NCBI RefSeq assembly: GCF_009914755.1
Contig: NC_060933.1
Source: the human T2T-CHM13v2.0 reference genome, Homo sapiens
Length of the DNA stretch: 64,000 nt
Strand: one strand, 5' to 3'
Numbering within the stretch: the first letter of the stretch is position 1; the number at the start of each line of letters is the position of its first letter. The position numbers and the translations under genes were made by a program. The notes under the pieces were generated by a model, which saw only the letters and a list, made by a program, of their open reading frames with translations, made no database searches and was not told where the DNA came from. Positions 61,338 through 64,000 of the stretch are shown here, piece after piece.

Positions 61338-61892
61338 ATGTTTAATTTACAAACCAAAGAGAAAGTATTCTGTCTTTGGGCAAGAAAATGAAAATTGCTG
61401 AACCAGAGATAATGCCACCAGAAAGGTTTTAAATCAGCCTCTTTCACAAAGAGATTTATTTATTCTAATTGTTTTATGTCTCCATTTAGATATTAGCCTT
61501 TTACTTTCAGCTCTTTTAAATCAAGTTCATTCATTAGTTTTCTTAACAAAGATTTATTTTCTAGAAAAATTATAGATGCATTTATCCTTTGACCCAGAAA
61601 TTCCACTTCTAGGAATTCATACCCAGTTTACACTGGCACAAATGTGACAATGTGGCCAAGGTTATTCCAAGAGATTGGAAATAATCCAAATGTCCATCAG
61701 TAGAGGACTGGCTGTACAAACTACAGTACATCCATACAAAGCAGGGCTGTGCATCTGTGAAAAAAAAAATAAGGAATGCCTTTCTACAGTGATAATACAG
61801 TGAAATCTGGGAAAATTAAGTAAAAAAAAAAGCAAGGTGCAGAAGAGTGTAGACTGTATGCTCCCTTTGCATAAAAAGAAGAAATGAGGAAC

Positions 61893-61930
61893 AAACACAC
61901 ACACACACACACACACTCACACACACACAC
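61893..61930. repeat. (CA)n microsatellite within an L1ME remnant
   Basis: Direct sequence. Confidence 0.95.
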
Positions 61931-62295
61931 TTGCTCATATTTTCAATAAGAAAAACTGGAAGGATAAATTAAAAACTAATAACAATGGTCACATTATATA
62001 AGGATGGCATGGAACAGAATGGAGAGAGCTTAGATTGGAGCCAAGAATTCTCTGCTATACATTTGACTATGGAATCATATAAAAGTTGTGTATAGTTTTT
62101 AAAATAAAATTAATCAACAAGGAGAAAAAAAATCAACCCCTAAACAGTGAAAACAAACCAGGACAAAGGAATCTAGGAATATATTAAGTTTCTAATAGAG
62201 TCACATGGAGAAAAATGTGTAAAGAGACTTTTGGACACATTTTCACTGTCCAGCCAAGGAGGACATATTCTTCCTCTCCACTATCCCACCACCCA

Positions 62296-62460
62296 GCACA
62301 CGTGCGTGTGCGCATACACACATACACACACACACACATATACACATACACACACACACACATACACACACACACATATATACATGCACACACACACACA
62401 TATACACACACACACATACACACAAAATACACATACACACATACACACACACAGGCGCAT
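62296..62460. repeat. Compound (CA)n/(CATA)n purine-pyrimidine tract, ~165 bp
   Basis: Direct sequence; source of the HT/VC-rich spurious ORFs. Confidence 0.95.
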
Positions 62461-63525
62461 TCACAACTTTTTATTTTGAAAAATATTTAAAGAAGTTGAA
62501 AGAATAGTACGAGGAACATTGTATAGCATTCCTATAAACCCAAAAATATTTAAATAAAAATATTTAAAACAAAGAAGTTGAAACAATAGCATGAGGAATA
62601 CTTTCACTTAGATTCACCATTTTCCACATCTGCTTTCCTCTCTCTCTTTTTAAATATATAGTATATATTATATTTAGTATTATATATATACTATATAGTA
62701 GTGTATATATATATATATATATATACATAGACACACATATACATATATGCACACACATACACTTAATGATGTTTTTGAAGCATTTGAAATTAGCTTACAA
62801 ATATCATGATACCTCATAACTAAATAGTTCAGAGTGCATCTTGGAAAGAATGAAATTATCCTATATCATTATAATGTCATTATCACAGTTATGAAAACGA
62901 ACAATAATTCAGTATCATCTAATGCGTAGTCCATATTCAAATTTCTTCAATTTCCCAAAAATGCCCTTTTGTTTTAAAAATTCAGGATCCAGTCAATATT
63001 CACGCCTTGCTTTTGGTTGGCATTTTTTTAATTTTTTGATTACAACAGGCCTAGGTTGGCTTTATATGGTTTTTCTTATTGTTTTCCACAATATGGACTT
63101 TTTAAGAATTCAGGCCAGGTAAATTATAGAATGACCCATATTTGTCTGATTATCTCCTCATAGATTACAGTTTAAACACTTTAAAGATATTAAAAATTAT
63201 ATTTTCAAGCTCATTCCACTGAAAAAAAAAACCGTGAAGGAATGAACCCCAGTAGCAACAAGTATACCTAGTACCCAAATGTTGGTTTCTTAACACAATT
63301 TCCTACCAGGAAGAATCAGGGCTCCTTGGAGGAATGGCTGGAATGGAGGAATGGAGGAATGGCTGATTCCAAGACTAAGGCAGGTAAAATATTAAGTGCT
63401 CAAATTAGTAGGGGAAGAGAAACAGAAAGAAGCAGGAGGAGGAGAAGAAAGAGTCAAAAAAGGGAAAGCTGTTCTGGAGAGAAGAATGCAGGCTTAAATG
63501 TAGAAGGAATATAATTAGAAAATGA

Positions 63526-63830
63526 GGTTGGGTGCAGTGGCTCACACCTATAACCCCAGCACTTTGGGAAGGCCGAGGCAGGAGGCTCGATTGAGCCTAG
63601 GAGTTTGAATCCAGCCTGAGCAACATGGCGAGACTCCGTCTCTACAAAAAAATTTTAAAATTAGCCTGGCATGGTGGCATGTGCCTATAATCCCAGCTAC
63701 TGGGGAAGCTAAGGCAGGAGGATCCCTTGAGCGCAGGAGTTTGAGGTTACAGTGAGCTATGATCGTGCCACTGCATTCTAGCCTGGGTGATGGAATGAGA
63801 CTGTCTCTCAAAAAAAGAAAGAAAAGAAAA
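63526..63830 (+). mobile_element. AluJ
   Basis: Alu dimer with A-rich tail. Confidence 0.92.
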
Positions 63831-64000
63831 TTACCATTTTGCAACACCAATATGATACTGAGGCAGGCAAGCATCATAAATTGATGCTAAAACCATTGAG
63901 TAAAAGCTTGTGAGGAAATGGGATAGTCATACGGTCTCAGCGTTTCACCCCATAGATTACTTCATAATTACAGAGGGGGAAAAATGTATATTTACAATAA

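Overview
Primate (human or great-ape) genomic DNA lying inside GABBR2 (GABA-B receptor subunit 2), which runs on the minus strand. The only host coding exon is a 171-bp, phase 0/0 exon at 43797-43967 ([57 protein letters not shown]; exon 3 by my recollection). The rest is intron, dense in Alu, L1, L2/MIR, MaLR/ERVL LTRs and MER DNA transposons. The dominant feature is a full-length L1PA3/4-type LINE-1 (10200-16730, + strand, 15-bp TSD) antisense to GABBR2. It carries two tandem 3' ends: a younger L1PA2-type 3' end sits at exactly the homologous position inside the older element and keeps ORF2 in frame. It also retains the parts needed for 'gene breaking' (antisense promoter region, antisense polyA signal) and has a re-started, extended ORF0 frame. 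Other notable items are an ungapped ~190-bp non-Alu inverted repeat (35048-36062), a CCAAT-box 29-bp minisatellite amplified inside an LTR16-like element, an SP1/NRF1/ETS motif trio overlapping a splice donor (58481-58527), inverted Alus bracketing the symmetric exon, and several homeobox/SOX/E-box-rich candidate enhancers. There are no prokaryotic features or CRISPR arrays. Repeat subfamily calls are from recalled consensus sequences and need RepeatMasker/Dfam confirmation.
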